From contig CAWGVS010000005.1 in NCBI GenBank assembly GCA_963826115.1, positions 1,184,001 to 1,248,000 of the forward strand: a DNA stretch of 64,000 nucleotides, given 5' to 3'. The DNA comes from an uncultured Candidatus Rokubacteria bacterium (GTDB lineage Bacteria > Methylomirabilota > Methylomirabilia > Rokubacteriales > DASRDR01). The position numbers and the translations under genes were made by a program. Position 1 is the first letter of the stretch. Each line of letters opens with the position of its first letter. The notes beneath the pieces were generated by a model, which ran no database searches, was not told the DNA's origin, and saw only the letters and a program-made list of their open reading frames with translations. This document shows, in pieces, positions 7,746 to 17,321 of the stretch.

Positions 7746-9683
7746 ATGAGGCTCGATGTCCGACGACCGGCCGTCCTCGCCTTCGGCGCGCTCCTCGCCC
7801 TTCTGGTGTGGGCCGGCGGAACGGCGCCCGCGGCTGCCCAGACGAAGTACAAGGAGTCGCCGCTCCTGGCCGACATGGTGAAGGCCGGCAAGCTGCCCGC
7901 GGTGGAGCTGCGGCTGCCCGCCGACCCGCTCGTCGTCCCGGTGGTGGAGCGCGCGGGCCAGTACGGCGGCGTGTGGCGGCGCGCGTTCCTCGGGCCCGCC
8001 GACTTCAACAACTACGTCCGAGTCGTCTACGACGCGCTCGCGCGCTTCTCGCCGGACGGGGCCAAGATCGAGCCGAAGATCGCGGCCGGCTGGCAATCCT
8101 CGCCCGACTTCAAGGTGTGGACCATCCGCCTCCGCAAGGGCGCCCGGTGGTCCGACGGCTCGCCGTTCACCGCCGACGACATGGTGTTCTGGCACAAGGA
8201 CGTCATCCTCAACAAGGACCTGACGCCCTCGATCCCCGGCTGGCTGCGGAACGGCGACGGCACCGCCGCGTCGGTCGAGAAGGTCGACGCCCAGACGGTC
8301 CGCTTCACGTACAAGCAGCCGGCGACGCTCTTCCTGACCGCGCTGGCCAACGCGGACGGCGCGGATCGGACCTACGCCGCCTACCTGCCTGCCCACTACC
8401 TCAAGCGCTTCCATCCCGAGTACGCGAAGAAGGAAGACATCGACAAGCTGGTCCAGGCGGCGGGCTTCAAGACCTGGACTGAGCTGTTCGCCGCGAAGAA
8501 CGCACCGTTCGAGAACCCGGAACGACCGACGATGGGCGCGTGGTCGCCGGTCACCCGGATCAGCGATCAGGTCTTCACGCTCCGCCGCAACCCGTACTTC
8601 GTGGGCGTCGACCCTGACGGCAATCAGCTGCCATACATCGACGAGGTTCGGTTCACGTTCTTCGCGGATATCCAGGCGCTGAACCTGGCCGCGATCGCTG
8701 GCGAGTTCGACATGCAGGCGCGCCACATCCAGATGACCAACTACCCGGTCTTCAAGGAAAACGAGAAGAGCGGGAAATACCGCGTCATCACCTGGCCGAC
8801 CTTCGGCGGCTCCGACGCGGTCGTGGCCTTCAATCAGTCCTACAAGGCCGATCCGGAGGTCGGCAAGCTGCTCGCCAGCAAGGACTTCCGCGTCGCGCTC
8901 TCCTATGCCGTCAATCGCACCCAGATCAAGGAATCGGCGTTCCTCGGGCTCGGCGAGCCTCGGCAGGGTGTCCCCGCCCCCTGGCATCCGTATTTCCCCG
9001 GCGACGAGTGGTCGAAGAAGTACACGGAGTACAAGCCAGACGAGGCCAACAAGATGCTCGACGGCCTCGGCCTGACGAAGAAGGACGCTCAGGGCATCAG
9101 GCTCCTCCCGAACGGCAAGCCGCTGTCGATCGAGCTCTCGGTGGTGCCGGCCTTCGGCGAGTGGCGCGATGTGGCGCAGCTCATCGCGAAGGACTGGGAG
9201 AAGGTCGGGGTCAAGACCGTCGTCCAGATCCGGGAGCGGGCGCTCCACTTCAAGATGCGTGACGCAAACGAGCTGCAGACAGAGATGTGGAACGAGGACA
9301 CGAGCGCCTTCCCGTTCACTGGCAACGCCAAGGTCGACGTGCGAAACAATCCGATCCTCACCACGGGCCCCCTGTTCCTCCAGTGGTACCAGACCAAGGG
9401 CAAGGAGGGCATGGAGCCGCCCGCGCCGATCAAGAAGATCGTCGAGCTCGTCGACACGGCCCGCACCGTCGGACCCGACGGCCAGGTCAAGGCGGCGCAG
9501 GAGATCTTCCGCATCTGGGCCGACAACGTCTACGAGATCGGCACGATCGGCCTGACCCCGATGATTCAGGGTGTGGTGGTGGTGAATACCCGCCTCCGCA
9601 ACGTGCCCACGACCCTCGGCAACGACTGGCCGCTCCGGAGCCCGGGCAACGCGCGCCCGGAACAGTTCTTCTTCACCAAGTAG
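7746..9683 (+). CDS. ABC transporter substrate-binding protein, family 5 (OppA/DppA/NikA-like, long type)
   Basis: Signal peptide; ESPLLADMVKAGKLPAVELRLP, LRKGARWSDGSPFTADD, GNQLPYID. Confidence 0.92.
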   Translation: MRLDVRRPAVLAFGALLALLVWAGGTAPAAAQTKYKESPLLADMVKAGKLPAVELRLPADPLVVPVVERAGQYGGVWRRAFLGPADFNNYVRVVYDALARFSPDGAKIEPKIAAGWQSSPDFKVWTIRLRKGARWSDGSPFTADDMVFWHKDVILNKDLTPSIPGWLRNGDGTAASVEKVDAQTVRFTYKQPATLFLTALANADGADRTYAAYLPAHYLKRFHPEYAKKEDIDKLVQAAGFKTWTELFAAKNAPFENPERPTMGAWSPVTRISDQVFTLRRNPYFVGVDPDGNQLPYIDEVRFTFFADIQALNLAAIAGEFDMQARHIQMTNYPVFKENEKSGKYRVITWPTFGGSDAVVAFNQSYKADPEVGKLLASKDFRVALSYAVNRTQIKESAFLGLGEPRQGVPAPWHPYFPGDEWSKKYTEYKPDEANKMLDGLGLTKKDAQGIRLLPNGKPLSIELSVVPAFGEWRDVAQLIAKDWEKVGVKTVVQIRERALHFKMRDANELQTEMWNEDTSAFPFTGNAKVDVRNNPILTTGPLFLQWYQTKGKEGMEPPAPIKKIVELVDTARTVGPDGQVKAAQEIFRIWADNVYEIGTIGLTPMIQGVVVVNTRLRNVPTTLGNDWPLRSPGNARPEQFFFTK

Positions 9684-9701
9684 TCGCCTGTCGCCGGCGC
9701 T

Positions 9702-9729
9702 CGGTCCCGGCCGTTCGCGGTCGGGGCCG
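9702..9729 (+). other. GC-rich stem-loop between SBP and permease (mRNA stabiliser or attenuator)
   Basis: CGGTCCCGGCCG-TTCG-CGGTCGGGGCCG, a 12-bp stem with two G-U pairs and no U-tract. Confidence 0.5.
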
Positions 9730-9814
9730 GGCGCGCGGGACGCTCACCCCGAGCCAGTCTCGCCGTCCTGAGCGCCGCGAGGCCTCCTAGGCTCTTGATC
9801 CGAATGGATCCCCG

Positions 9815-10801
9815 ATGACCCGGTATGCCCTCCGGCGCCTGGCGTTGCTCCCCCTGCTGCTGTTCGTCTTCTCGGTCGCCGTCTTTGCCATCGTCCAGGC
9901 GCCGCCGGGGGACTTCCTGACTTCCTACATGGCCACGCTGGCCTCCTCCGGAAGTTCCGTCAGCGCCGAGCAGTTCGAGGCGCTGCGCCGCGACTACGGC
10001 CTCGACCAGCCGCTCCACGTGCAGTACTGGAGGTGGATGGCCAACGTCCTCCGCGGCAACCTCGGCCTGTCGCTCGAGTACCAGCGGCCCAACACCGAGC
10101 TGATCGGCGAGCGCCTGGTCCTGACCATCGTCCTCGCGCTCTTCTCGTTCGTCTTCACCTGGGTGGTCGCGATCCCCATCGGCATCTACTCGGCCACGCA
10201 CCAGCGGTCCGCGCTGGACTACGTGATCACGGTCCTCAACTACGTGGGCGTGGCCACGCCGAACTTCATGCTGGCGCTGATCCTGATGTGGATCGCCTTC
10301 GCCTACTTCGGGATCAGCGCCACCGGGCTCTTCTCCCCGGAGTTCGTCGACGCCCCGTGGAGCATGGCGCGCGTGCTCAACCTCCTGGCGCACATCTGGC
10401 TGCCGACGGTCGTCCTCGGCGTCGCCGGCACCGCCCGGCTCACCCGGATCATGCGGGCCAACCTCCTCGACGAGCTCAACAAGCCGTACGTCGTGACCGC
10501 GCGGGCCAAGGGCCTGTCAGAGTGGCGCCTGGTGCTGCGGTATCCGGCGCGCCTGGCGCTGAACCCCCTCGTGAGCACGATCGGCTGGTACCTCCCCGCC
10601 CTCTTCTCCGGCAGCCTGATCGTGGCCACGGTCATGAACATTCCGAACATCGGCCCGCTGCTCCTCCGCGCGCTCATCAACCAGGACATGTATCTCGCGG
10701 GCAGCATCCTGCTCATCTACTGCTTCCTCGCGATCATCGGCACGCTTGTCTCGGACGTCCTCCTCGCGTGGCTCGACCCGCGGATCCGCGTGGAGAACTG
10801 A
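9815..10801 (+). CDS. ABC permease (OppB/DppB)
   Basis: YGLDQPLHVQY, EAA motif YVVTARAKGL, C-term LDPRIR. Confidence 0.92.
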   Translation: MTRYALRRLALLPLLLFVFSVAVFAIVQAPPGDFLTSYMATLASSGSSVSAEQFEALRRDYGLDQPLHVQYWRWMANVLRGNLGLSLEYQRPNTELIGERLVLTIVLALFSFVFTWVVAIPIGIYSATHQRSALDYVITVLNYVGVATPNFMLALILMWIAFAYFGISATGLFSPEFVDAPWSMARVLNLLAHIWLPTVVLGVAGTARLTRIMRANLLDELNKPYVVTARAKGLSEWRLVLRYPARLALNPLVSTIGWYLPALFSGSLIVATVMNIPNIGPLLLRALINQDMYLAGSILLIYCFLAIIGTLVSDVLLAWLDPRIRVEN

Positions 10802-11979
10802 TGGCGAGCGGCCACGTCGGGTCCGAGTCCACTCCGCCGGAGTCGACGGCGGCCGATGTTCCGGAGACGGGCATCGGCGCAACGGCGGCCGAAGAGCGGA
10901 TCTCCCTCGCGTCCAACTGGACGCTCGTCTGGTGGCGGTTCCGCAAGCATCGGCTGGCCATGGCCAGCGCCCTCGTCCTGCTCATCCTCTACGCGATCGT
11001 GCTCTGCCCCGATTTCTTCAGTACCCTGGACCCCGAGGCGACCGAGGCGCGCCTGGCGTTCATCCCGGTCCAGCGGGTCCGCTTCCTGGACGGGTTCCGC
11101 TGGAGCCCCTGGGTGCCCGCGGTGGTCGGGAAGCGCAACCCGATCACGCTCCGGATGGAGTGGCAGATCGATACGGCGCAGAAGATCGGCGTCCGCTTCT
11201 TCGCGCGCGGCCACCCGTACCGGCTGTTCGGTCTGATCCCGACGACCGTCCACCTCATCGGGAGCGCGGAGACCGGGGCGGCGGATCGCATCCATCTCCT
11301 GGGCACCGACCGCCTGGGCCGCGATCAGTGGTCGCGGCTCATGCACGGGACCCAGACGTCGATGACCATCGGCCTGGTGGCGGTGACCCTGAGCGTCGTG
11401 CTCGGCGTGCTCCTCGGAGGCGTGTCCGGCTACTACGGCGGCCTGCCCGACCTCGTGATCCAGCGGCTCATCGAGCTGCTCCAGTCCCTCCCGACCATCC
11501 CGATCTGGCTCGCCCTCACCGCGGCGCTCCCGCGCGAGTGGACGCCGATCCGGGTGTTCTTCGCGATCACCGTGATCCTGTCCCTGGTCGGGTGGACGAC
11601 ACTCGCCCGGGAGGTCCGGGGACGGTTCCTGGCCCTCCGAGAGGAGGACTTCGTCCTCGCCGCCGAGCTGGCGGGGTGCAGCCGCCGGCGGATCATCACC
11701 CGGCACATGGTGCCCACGTTCCTGAGCCACATCATCGCGACGAGCACGCTGGCCATCCCGGCCATGATCATCAACGAGACGTCGCTCTCCTTCCTGGGCC
11801 TCGGGATCCGCCCCCCCGCGATCAGCTGGGGGGTGCTCCTCCAGGAGGCCCAGAACATCCAGACGCTCGCGCTGGCGCCGTGGCTCCTGATCCCGGGCCT
11901 GCTGGTCATCTTCTCGGTGCTGGCGTTCAACCTCGTGGGCGACGGCCTCCGCGACGCCGCCGACCCGTACAGCCACTGA
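10801..11979 (+). CDS. ABC permease (OppC/DppC)
   Basis: ATG overlaps the upstream TGA; LGTDRLGRD, EEDFVLAAELAG, NLVGDGLRDAADP. Confidence 0.92.
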   Translation: MASGHVGSESTPPESTAADVPETGIGATAAEERISLASNWTLVWWRFRKHRLAMASALVLLILYAIVLCPDFFSTLDPEATEARLAFIPVQRVRFLDGFRWSPWVPAVVGKRNPITLRMEWQIDTAQKIGVRFFARGHPYRLFGLIPTTVHLIGSAETGAADRIHLLGTDRLGRDQWSRLMHGTQTSMTIGLVAVTLSVVLGVLLGGVSGYYGGLPDLVIQRLIELLQSLPTIPIWLALTAALPREWTPIRVFFAITVILSLVGWTTLAREVRGRFLALREEDFVLAAELAGCSRRRIITRHMVPTFLSHIIATSTLAIPAMIINETSLSFLGLGIRPPAISWGVLLQEAQNIQTLALAPWLLIPGLLVIFSVLAFNLVGDGLRDAADPYSH

Positions 11980-11995
11980 CGGACGGCGCGCGATC

Positions 11996-13084
11996 GTGAG
12001 CTCATCTCGATCCACCGCACCCCAGCCTGGCGCGACGCCGAGCGGAAACGGTCCTGCCCCGCTCCTGTCGGTGCGCGACCTCCGGGTGTCGTTCTTCCTC
12101 GACGAGGGTGTGGTGCGGGCGGTCGACGGCCTCAGCTTCGACGTCTTCCCGGGCCAGGTCATCGGGATCGTGGGCGAGAGCGGCTGCGGCAAGTCGGTCG
12201 CGATGAAAGCGATCCTCCAGCTCGTCGAGCCTCCGGGCCGGATCGTCTCGGGCGAGATCCTCTTCCAGCCCTCGCCCGATCAGGCGGTCGACATCGCCCA
12301 GCTCTCCCCGCGAGGGGCGCCCATGCGGGCGATCCGCGGCGCGGAGATCGCCCTCATCCCCCAGGAGCCGATGGCCGCGTTCAGCCCGGTCCACACGGTC
12401 GGCGACCAGATCGTCGAGGCGCTCCTGCTGCACTGGCGTCAGTGGCGCCCCGACGGGCCGCCGCTCACGCGGCGCGAGGCGCGGCAGATCACCGTCGACC
12501 TCTTCCGCGACGTCGGCATCTCGATCCCCGAGCAGCGGCTCGACGCCTACTCGTGGCAGCTCTCCGGCGGCCTCCGGCAGCGCGCGATGATCGCCATGGC
12601 GCTCTCCGGCAAGCCGCGCCTCCTCATCGCCGACGAGCCCACGACGGCCATCGACGTCACGACGCAGGCCCAGGTCTTGAACCTGATCCGCGATCTCCAG
12701 CGGAAGTACCAGACGGCGGTGATCTTCATCACTCACGACCTCGGCGTCATCGCCCAGATCGCCCGCGAGGTGGTGGTGATGTACCTCGGCCGCGTGATGG
12801 AGCAGGGCCCGGTCGACGCCATCTTCCACGACGCCAAGCACCCGTACACGCGGGCGCTCCTCCGGTCGATCCCCGGTCTCCAGGCGACGCCCCGCGTTCG
12901 CCTCCCCATCATCACGGGCTCCATCCCGCACCCGTTCAACCGGCCGGTGGGGTGTCCCTTCCACCCCCGGTGTCCGGACGTCATCCGGGGCGTGTGCGAT
13001 CAGCGGGTGCCCGATCTCCTGCCCGTCGGCGACCGGCAGCGCGCGAGCTGCTTTCTCTACCAGGACGTGGAGGCGCCGAGGTGA
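11996..13084 (+). CDS. ABC ATP-binding protein (OppD/DppD)
   Basis: GESGCGKS, LSGGLRQR, IADEPT, HPYT, C-terminal CPFHPRC. Confidence 0.93.
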   Translation: MSSSRSTAPQPGATPSGNGPAPLLSVRDLRVSFFLDEGVVRAVDGLSFDVFPGQVIGIVGESGCGKSVAMKAILQLVEPPGRIVSGEILFQPSPDQAVDIAQLSPRGAPMRAIRGAEIALIPQEPMAAFSPVHTVGDQIVEALLLHWRQWRPDGPPLTRREARQITVDLFRDVGISIPEQRLDAYSWQLSGGLRQRAMIAMALSGKPRLLIADEPTTAIDVTTQAQVLNLIRDLQRKYQTAVIFITHDLGVIAQIAREVVVMYLGRVMEQGPVDAIFHDAKHPYTRALLRSIPGLQATPRVRLPIITGSIPHPFNRPVGCPFHPRCPDVIRGVCDQRVPDLLPVGDRQRASCFLYQDVEAPR

Positions 13085-14130
13085 CCACGCCCGCCGCCTC
13101 GCCGCCGCTCCTCGAGGTGCGCCACCTCAAGAAGTTCTTCCCGATCCACAAGGGCTTCTCCCGCCGTGTCGTGGCCGAGGTCCGGGCCGTCGACGACGTG
13201 AGCTTCGAGGTCCAGGAGGGCGAGACGCTCGGCCTGGTCGGGGAGAGCGGCTGCGGCAAGACCACGACGGCCCGCTGCATCCTCCGGGCCATGGCGCCGT
13301 CGAGCGGGGAAATCCTCTTCCGGACCCGCGAGGGTACCGTGGTGGATCTCGCCCGGCTGTCGCGGACGGAGCTGCGCCCGCTCCGTCCCCAGATGCAGAT
13401 GGTCTTCCAGGACCCCTTCGGCTCGCTCAATCCCCGCATGACGCTCCTCGACAACGTGGGCGAGCCGCTCCTGGTCAACGGGCTCCGCGACCGGCGGGAG
13501 CGGCGCGATCGCGTGGCCGAGCTCCTGCGCCTGGTCGGGCTCCGCCCGGAGTACATGCACCGGTTCCCCCACGCCTTCAGCGGAGGCCAGCGCCAGCGCA
13601 TCGGGATCGCGCGGGCGCTCGCGACCGAGCCTCGGCTCGTGGTGGCCGACGAGCCGGTCTCCGCGCTCGACGTCTCGGTCCAGGCCCAGGTCCTGAACCT
13701 CCTCCTCGAGCTCCAGCAGCGCCTCCACCTCACGTACCTCTTCGTGGCGCACGACCTGGGGGTGGTCCGGCACATCTGCGAGCGCGTGGCCGTCATGTAC
13801 GTCGGCCAACTGGTGGAGACGGCGCCGGCCCCCGCCCTCTTCAGCCGACCGCGCCACCCGTACACGGCGGCGCTCATGAAGGCGGTCCCCGTACCCGATC
13901 CGCGCGTGCCGAGCGGCGACGTGGCGCTCCAGGGCGAGGTCCCCAACCCGGCCAACCCGCCTCCGGGCTGCTACTTCCACCCGCGCTGCCCGTTCGCCGT
14001 CGACATCTGCCGGACCGAGACCCCGGCGCTCCGCCTCGTGGCGTCCGGCCACCTGGCCCGCTGCCACCGCGCCGACGAGCTCGAGCTCGACGGCATCGGC
14101 CACCTCGGCGCCCCTGCCCGCGTCGGATGA
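13081..14130 (+). CDS. ABC ATP-binding protein (OppF/DppF)
   Basis: GTGA overlap; GESGCGKT, FSGGQRQR, VADEPVSALD, CYFHPRC. Confidence 0.93.
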   Translation: MTTPAASPPLLEVRHLKKFFPIHKGFSRRVVAEVRAVDDVSFEVQEGETLGLVGESGCGKTTTARCILRAMAPSSGEILFRTREGTVVDLARLSRTELRPLRPQMQMVFQDPFGSLNPRMTLLDNVGEPLLVNGLRDRRERRDRVAELLRLVGLRPEYMHRFPHAFSGGQRQRIGIARALATEPRLVVADEPVSALDVSVQAQVLNLLLELQQRLHLTYLFVAHDLGVVRHICERVAVMYVGQLVETAPAPALFSRPRHPYTAALMKAVPVPDPRVPSGDVALQGEVPNPANPPPGCYFHPRCPFAVDICRTETPALRLVASGHLARCHRADELELDGIGHLGAPARVG

Positions 14131-14274
14131 CCGGCGTTCCTGGCCGCGGCCGGCTCCTCGGGACGAGCCGCTTGTACGCGACGGGGGCGCCGCGCCATCA
14201 TCGACGCCGGGCGCGGCGTGCCGCCGGGGCCGCCCGCGCGCTGTCCATCTGAGGACCGAGAGGAGACCCCGCTC

Positions 14275-15309
14275 ATGGCCGCGACGACGCTCCCCCTGAT
14301 CCCCTCCACGGTGGTCGGCTCGCACGGGCGCGCCGGGTGGTGGCATCTCGGCGTGAAGACCTGGGAGGCGGGCGAGATGGGCCCCGGCGACCTCGAGGAG
14401 ATGCTCGACGACGCCGCCGACACTGCCATCCGGGACATGGAGCGGGCCGGGGTCGACGTGATCACCGACGGCGAGGTCCGGCGGCTCGACGGCTACGTGG
14501 ACTCGTACTACGCGATCATCAAGGGCATCCGCCCGATCGACGTCCGGCGCAAGCTCGGCCCGTGGGGCTACGACCAGCAGACCCGCTACGAGGCGGTGGC
14601 CCGGATCGAGACCCCGGACGGCGGGCTCGGCATCGTCAAGGAATTCGAGTACCTCCGCGCCCACACGACGCGAGGGATCAAGGCCACCTGTGCCGGGCCC
14701 CTCACCTTCGGCTCTCGCATCCACCCCGGCGCGACCTACAAGGGCGTCGTCCAGGTCGCGGAGCGCTTCGCCGAGGTCATCAACCAGGAGCTCAAGGGGC
14801 TCGTCGCCGCCGGGGCGGACTTCATCCAGATCGACGAGCCCGCCCGCGGCCACGTGAGCGGCCAGGAGATGGCGCGGCTCTTCAACCTCGCCACCGAGGG
14901 CGTCCGCGCGCGGCTCGCCTTCCACGTGTGCTTCGGCAACCGCTTCGGCCGCTCGCGCTTCGACCGCACGTACCGGCCCTACTTCCCCGCCCTCCTCGAG
15001 GCGCGGACGGACCAGTTCGTGCTCGAGTTCGCGGGCCGGGAGATGGCGGAGCTCGACTTCATCGGCCAGTTCGCCCGCGAGGGACGGGAGCTCGGCGCCG
15101 GCGTCATCGACGTCAAGGGGTTCCACCCCGAGACGCCGGAGGAAGTCGCGGACCGGATCCGCCGGGTCCTCAAGGTCTGGCCGGCCGAGAAGCTCTACGT
15201 CAACCCCGACTGCGGATTCGGCTGGAGCCCTCGATACATGTGCAACGGCAAGATCCGGGCGCTGGCCGCGGGCGCGCGCCTGGTCCGGAAAGAGCTCGGC
15301 GCGGGCTGA
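14275..15309 (+). CDS. Cobalamin-independent methionine synthase II family (single-barrel, MetE C-terminal-like) Zn enzyme
   Basis: TVVGS, TDGE, QIDEP; Zn ligands HVC, LEF and NPDCG; about 345 aa, lacking the N-terminal barrel. Confidence 0.85.
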   Translation: MAATTLPLIPSTVVGSHGRAGWWHLGVKTWEAGEMGPGDLEEMLDDAADTAIRDMERAGVDVITDGEVRRLDGYVDSYYAIIKGIRPIDVRRKLGPWGYDQQTRYEAVARIETPDGGLGIVKEFEYLRAHTTRGIKATCAGPLTFGSRIHPGATYKGVVQVAERFAEVINQELKGLVAAGADFIQIDEPARGHVSGQEMARLFNLATEGVRARLAFHVCFGNRFGRSRFDRTYRPYFPALLEARTDQFVLEFAGREMAELDFIGQFAREGRELGAGVIDVKGFHPETPEEVADRIRRVLKVWPAEKLYVNPDCGFGWSPRYMCNGKIRALAAGARLVRKELGAG

Positions 15310-15349
15310 GGCCGGCGCCGCCCCCACCACCAGGCATCCAGGAGGCCTC

Positions 15350-16381
15350 ATGGCACCCACGGGCACGATGCGCGCCGTCTTCTACCAGGGCGCGCAGACC
15401 TTCACGCCGGGCAAGGCGCCGATCCCCACCCCCGCCGCCGGCGAGGCGCTCCTCCGCGTCCTGCGGGTCGGCATCTGCGGGACGGACCTCCACATCTTCC
15501 AGGGGCACCTCGACAACCGGGTCCCGCGCGGCGGGATCATCGGCCACGAGACGTTCGCCGAGGTGGTCGAGGCGCCCGCGGGGAGCGCCGTCCGCGCGGG
15601 CGACCGGGTCGTCGTCGAGCCCGTCCGGTCGTGCGGCGCGTGCCGGGCCTGCCGGATCGGCGCCAGTTACCTCTGCTACAACCTCAAGGTCATGGGCGTC
15701 GATCTCCCGGGCGGGATGCAGGAGTACTGGCCGGTGCCGCTCGACCGGCTCATCAAGGTGCCCGACACGCTGACCGACGACCACGCGGCGGTCATCGAGC
15801 CCCTGGCCGTCGCCACGCACGACGTCACCCGGGCCGGCGTGAAGACCGGCGACGCCGTCATGGTGTTCGGGGGCGGCCCGATCGGGTGCCTCATCGCTCT
15901 CGTCTCCCGGCACCGCGGCGCCCGCGTGGCCGTCGTGGAGATCAATCCGTTCCGGGTCGACATGCTCCGGCGCCTCGGCCTCGAGGTCGTCGGCCCGGGC
16001 GTCGATCCGATCGCCTTCGCGAACGACTGGACGGATGGTGACGGCGTGGACGTGGCGTTCGAGGTCACCGGCCACCCCGGCCCGGTCAAGGCGATCACCG
16101 AGGTCGTCCGCGTCTGGGGGACGATCAGCATCGTCGCGATCCACTCGGAGCCGATGCCGGTGAACCTCCACCGCTTCTTCGCCCGCGAGCTTGCCCTCCA
16201 CGGGAGCCGGCTCTACACGCGCGCGGCGTGGGAGGAGGCGATCCGGCTGGGCGCCAGCGGCGCCGTGCCGCTCGCCCCGCTGGTCAGCCAGGTGATCCCG
16301 CTCGAGTCCCTGCAGAAAGGGATGGAGACGGCTCTCGCCGGCGGTCCCGTGATGAAGGTGCTCGTCGACGTGACGGCCTGA
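15350..16381 (+). CDS. Zn-dependent medium-chain alcohol dehydrogenase (sorbitol/sugar-acid dehydrogenase-like)
   Basis: GICGTDLH, GHE, structural Zn site CGACRAC-x7-C, GGGPIG. Confidence 0.9.
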   Translation: MAPTGTMRAVFYQGAQTFTPGKAPIPTPAAGEALLRVLRVGICGTDLHIFQGHLDNRVPRGGIIGHETFAEVVEAPAGSAVRAGDRVVVEPVRSCGACRACRIGASYLCYNLKVMGVDLPGGMQEYWPVPLDRLIKVPDTLTDDHAAVIEPLAVATHDVTRAGVKTGDAVMVFGGGPIGCLIALVSRHRGARVAVVEINPFRVDMLRRLGLEVVGPGVDPIAFANDWTDGDGVDVAFEVTGHPGPVKAITEVVRVWGTISIVAIHSEPMPVNLHRFFARELALHGSRLYTRAAWEEAIRLGASGAVPLAPLVSQVIPLESLQKGMETALAGGPVMKVLVDVTA

Positions 16382-16387
16382 GGGCGC

Positions 16388-16690
16388 CTAGTCCCGGATC
16401 GCCTCCTGGTACACCTCGTTGTAGGCCCGGTGGCGACGCTCGAAATCCGTCTCGCAGTCGCGAACCAGCCGGGGGATCTTGTGCCGCTCCCGGCACCGCA
16501 GGCGCTCGCTCGCCATCTCGTCCATCCGCGCGAGGGCCCAGCGGCGGCGCGCCTCCCGGTCCCTCGGGGGAGAGCCGGCCGCCGCGCCGTCGGCGTCGGC
16601 CGGGCGCGCTCCCAGCGGCAGCGCCGAGAGCAGCGCCGCCGCCGCCAGTCCTCGAATCAGGCTCCGTCGCATCCAGTCCCCGCTCGACAT
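16388..16690 (-). CDS. Small exported hypothetical protein (Tat-like signal, two Cys)
   Basis: GGGAGGG RBS before ATG; MSSGDWMRRSLIRGLAAAALLSALPLGARPADA followed by a helical domain with two Cys. Confidence 0.6.
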   Translation of the reverse strand: MSSGDWMRRSLIRGLAAAALLSALPLGARPADADGAAAGSPPRDREARRRWALARMDEMASERLRCRERHKIPRLVRDCETDFERRHRAYNEVYQEAIRD

Positions 16691-16859
16691 GGCTCGTCCC
16701 TCCCGGCGGGCTCCGGTCACGGAGTCTCCGTCGCCGCCCGGGTACAGACCGTATCCCGGGCGGGGCACCCCGGGCCGGCGTGGAGGCCGGTCGTCGGGGC
16801 CGCGCTCGCGTGATTGCGAGCCGTGCCTCTTCCACGCCGTCGTCGGGCCCGCTCGAAGA

Positions 16860-16874
16860 GCAAGGGCCATGCCG
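16860..16874 (-). promoter_or_regulatory. Putative sigma54 (-24/-12) promoter
   Basis: Minus strand CGGCATG-GCCC-TTGC(T) matches TGGCACG-N4-TTGCW with exact spacing. Confidence 0.45.
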
Positions 16875-16928
16875 CGCCATTGGCCTTACGTTTGTCCACA
16901 CCAAGCGGACACCGGGCCAACTTTCTCG

Positions 16929-16957
16929 TTGCATGTCCGAGTGGTCGCTTCGACAAT
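16929..16957 (+). promoter_or_regulatory. Putative sigma70 promoter for DUF4242-cyclase; upstream palindrome TGTCC-N9-GGACA at 16893-16911
   Basis: TTGCAT-N17-GACAAT in an AT-richer patch. Confidence 0.45.
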
Positions 16958-17048
16958 GGGCGGGCAGCACGGCGGCTGATCGGCCCCGGCGACACGACGT
17001 CGCCGAGACCACGAGGCCGGAGGAAGTGCGGCCGCCGAGGGAGGACAC

Positions 17049-17300
17049 ATGCCGCTCTATCTCGACATCCACCACAAGGTCGACGGGTTGACCGGCCCGG
17101 CGGTATCCGACGCCCACGAAGCCGACCTGCGCGTACAGCACAAGTACGGGGTGAAGTACCTCCGGTACTGGTACGACGAGGGCACGGGCAAGGTGTTCTG
17201 TCTCGTGGAGGCGCCCAGCAAGGAGGCCGCCGCCGCCGTCCATCGCGAGGCTCACGGGCTCATGGCCGACGAGATCATCGAGGTCAAGGAAGGCAGCTAG
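17049..17300 (+). CDS. DUF4242 / SCO4226-like small metal-binding protein
   Basis: MPLYLDIH..AHEADL.VQ.KYGV.YLRYW..EGTGKVFCLVEAP..EAAAAVHREAHG..ADEI; GGAGGA RBS. Confidence 0.85.
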   Translation: MPLYLDIHHKVDGLTGPAVSDAHEADLRVQHKYGVKYLRYWYDEGTGKVFCLVEAPSKEAAAAVHREAHGLMADEIIEVKEGS

Positions 17301-17321
17301 TCTCCCCGCCGCCGTCGCCGC

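Noticed and set aside
14131-14274. SAM or cobalamin riboswitch upstream of the MetE-like gene
   Set aside because: No recognisable consensus elements; only generic GC pairing.
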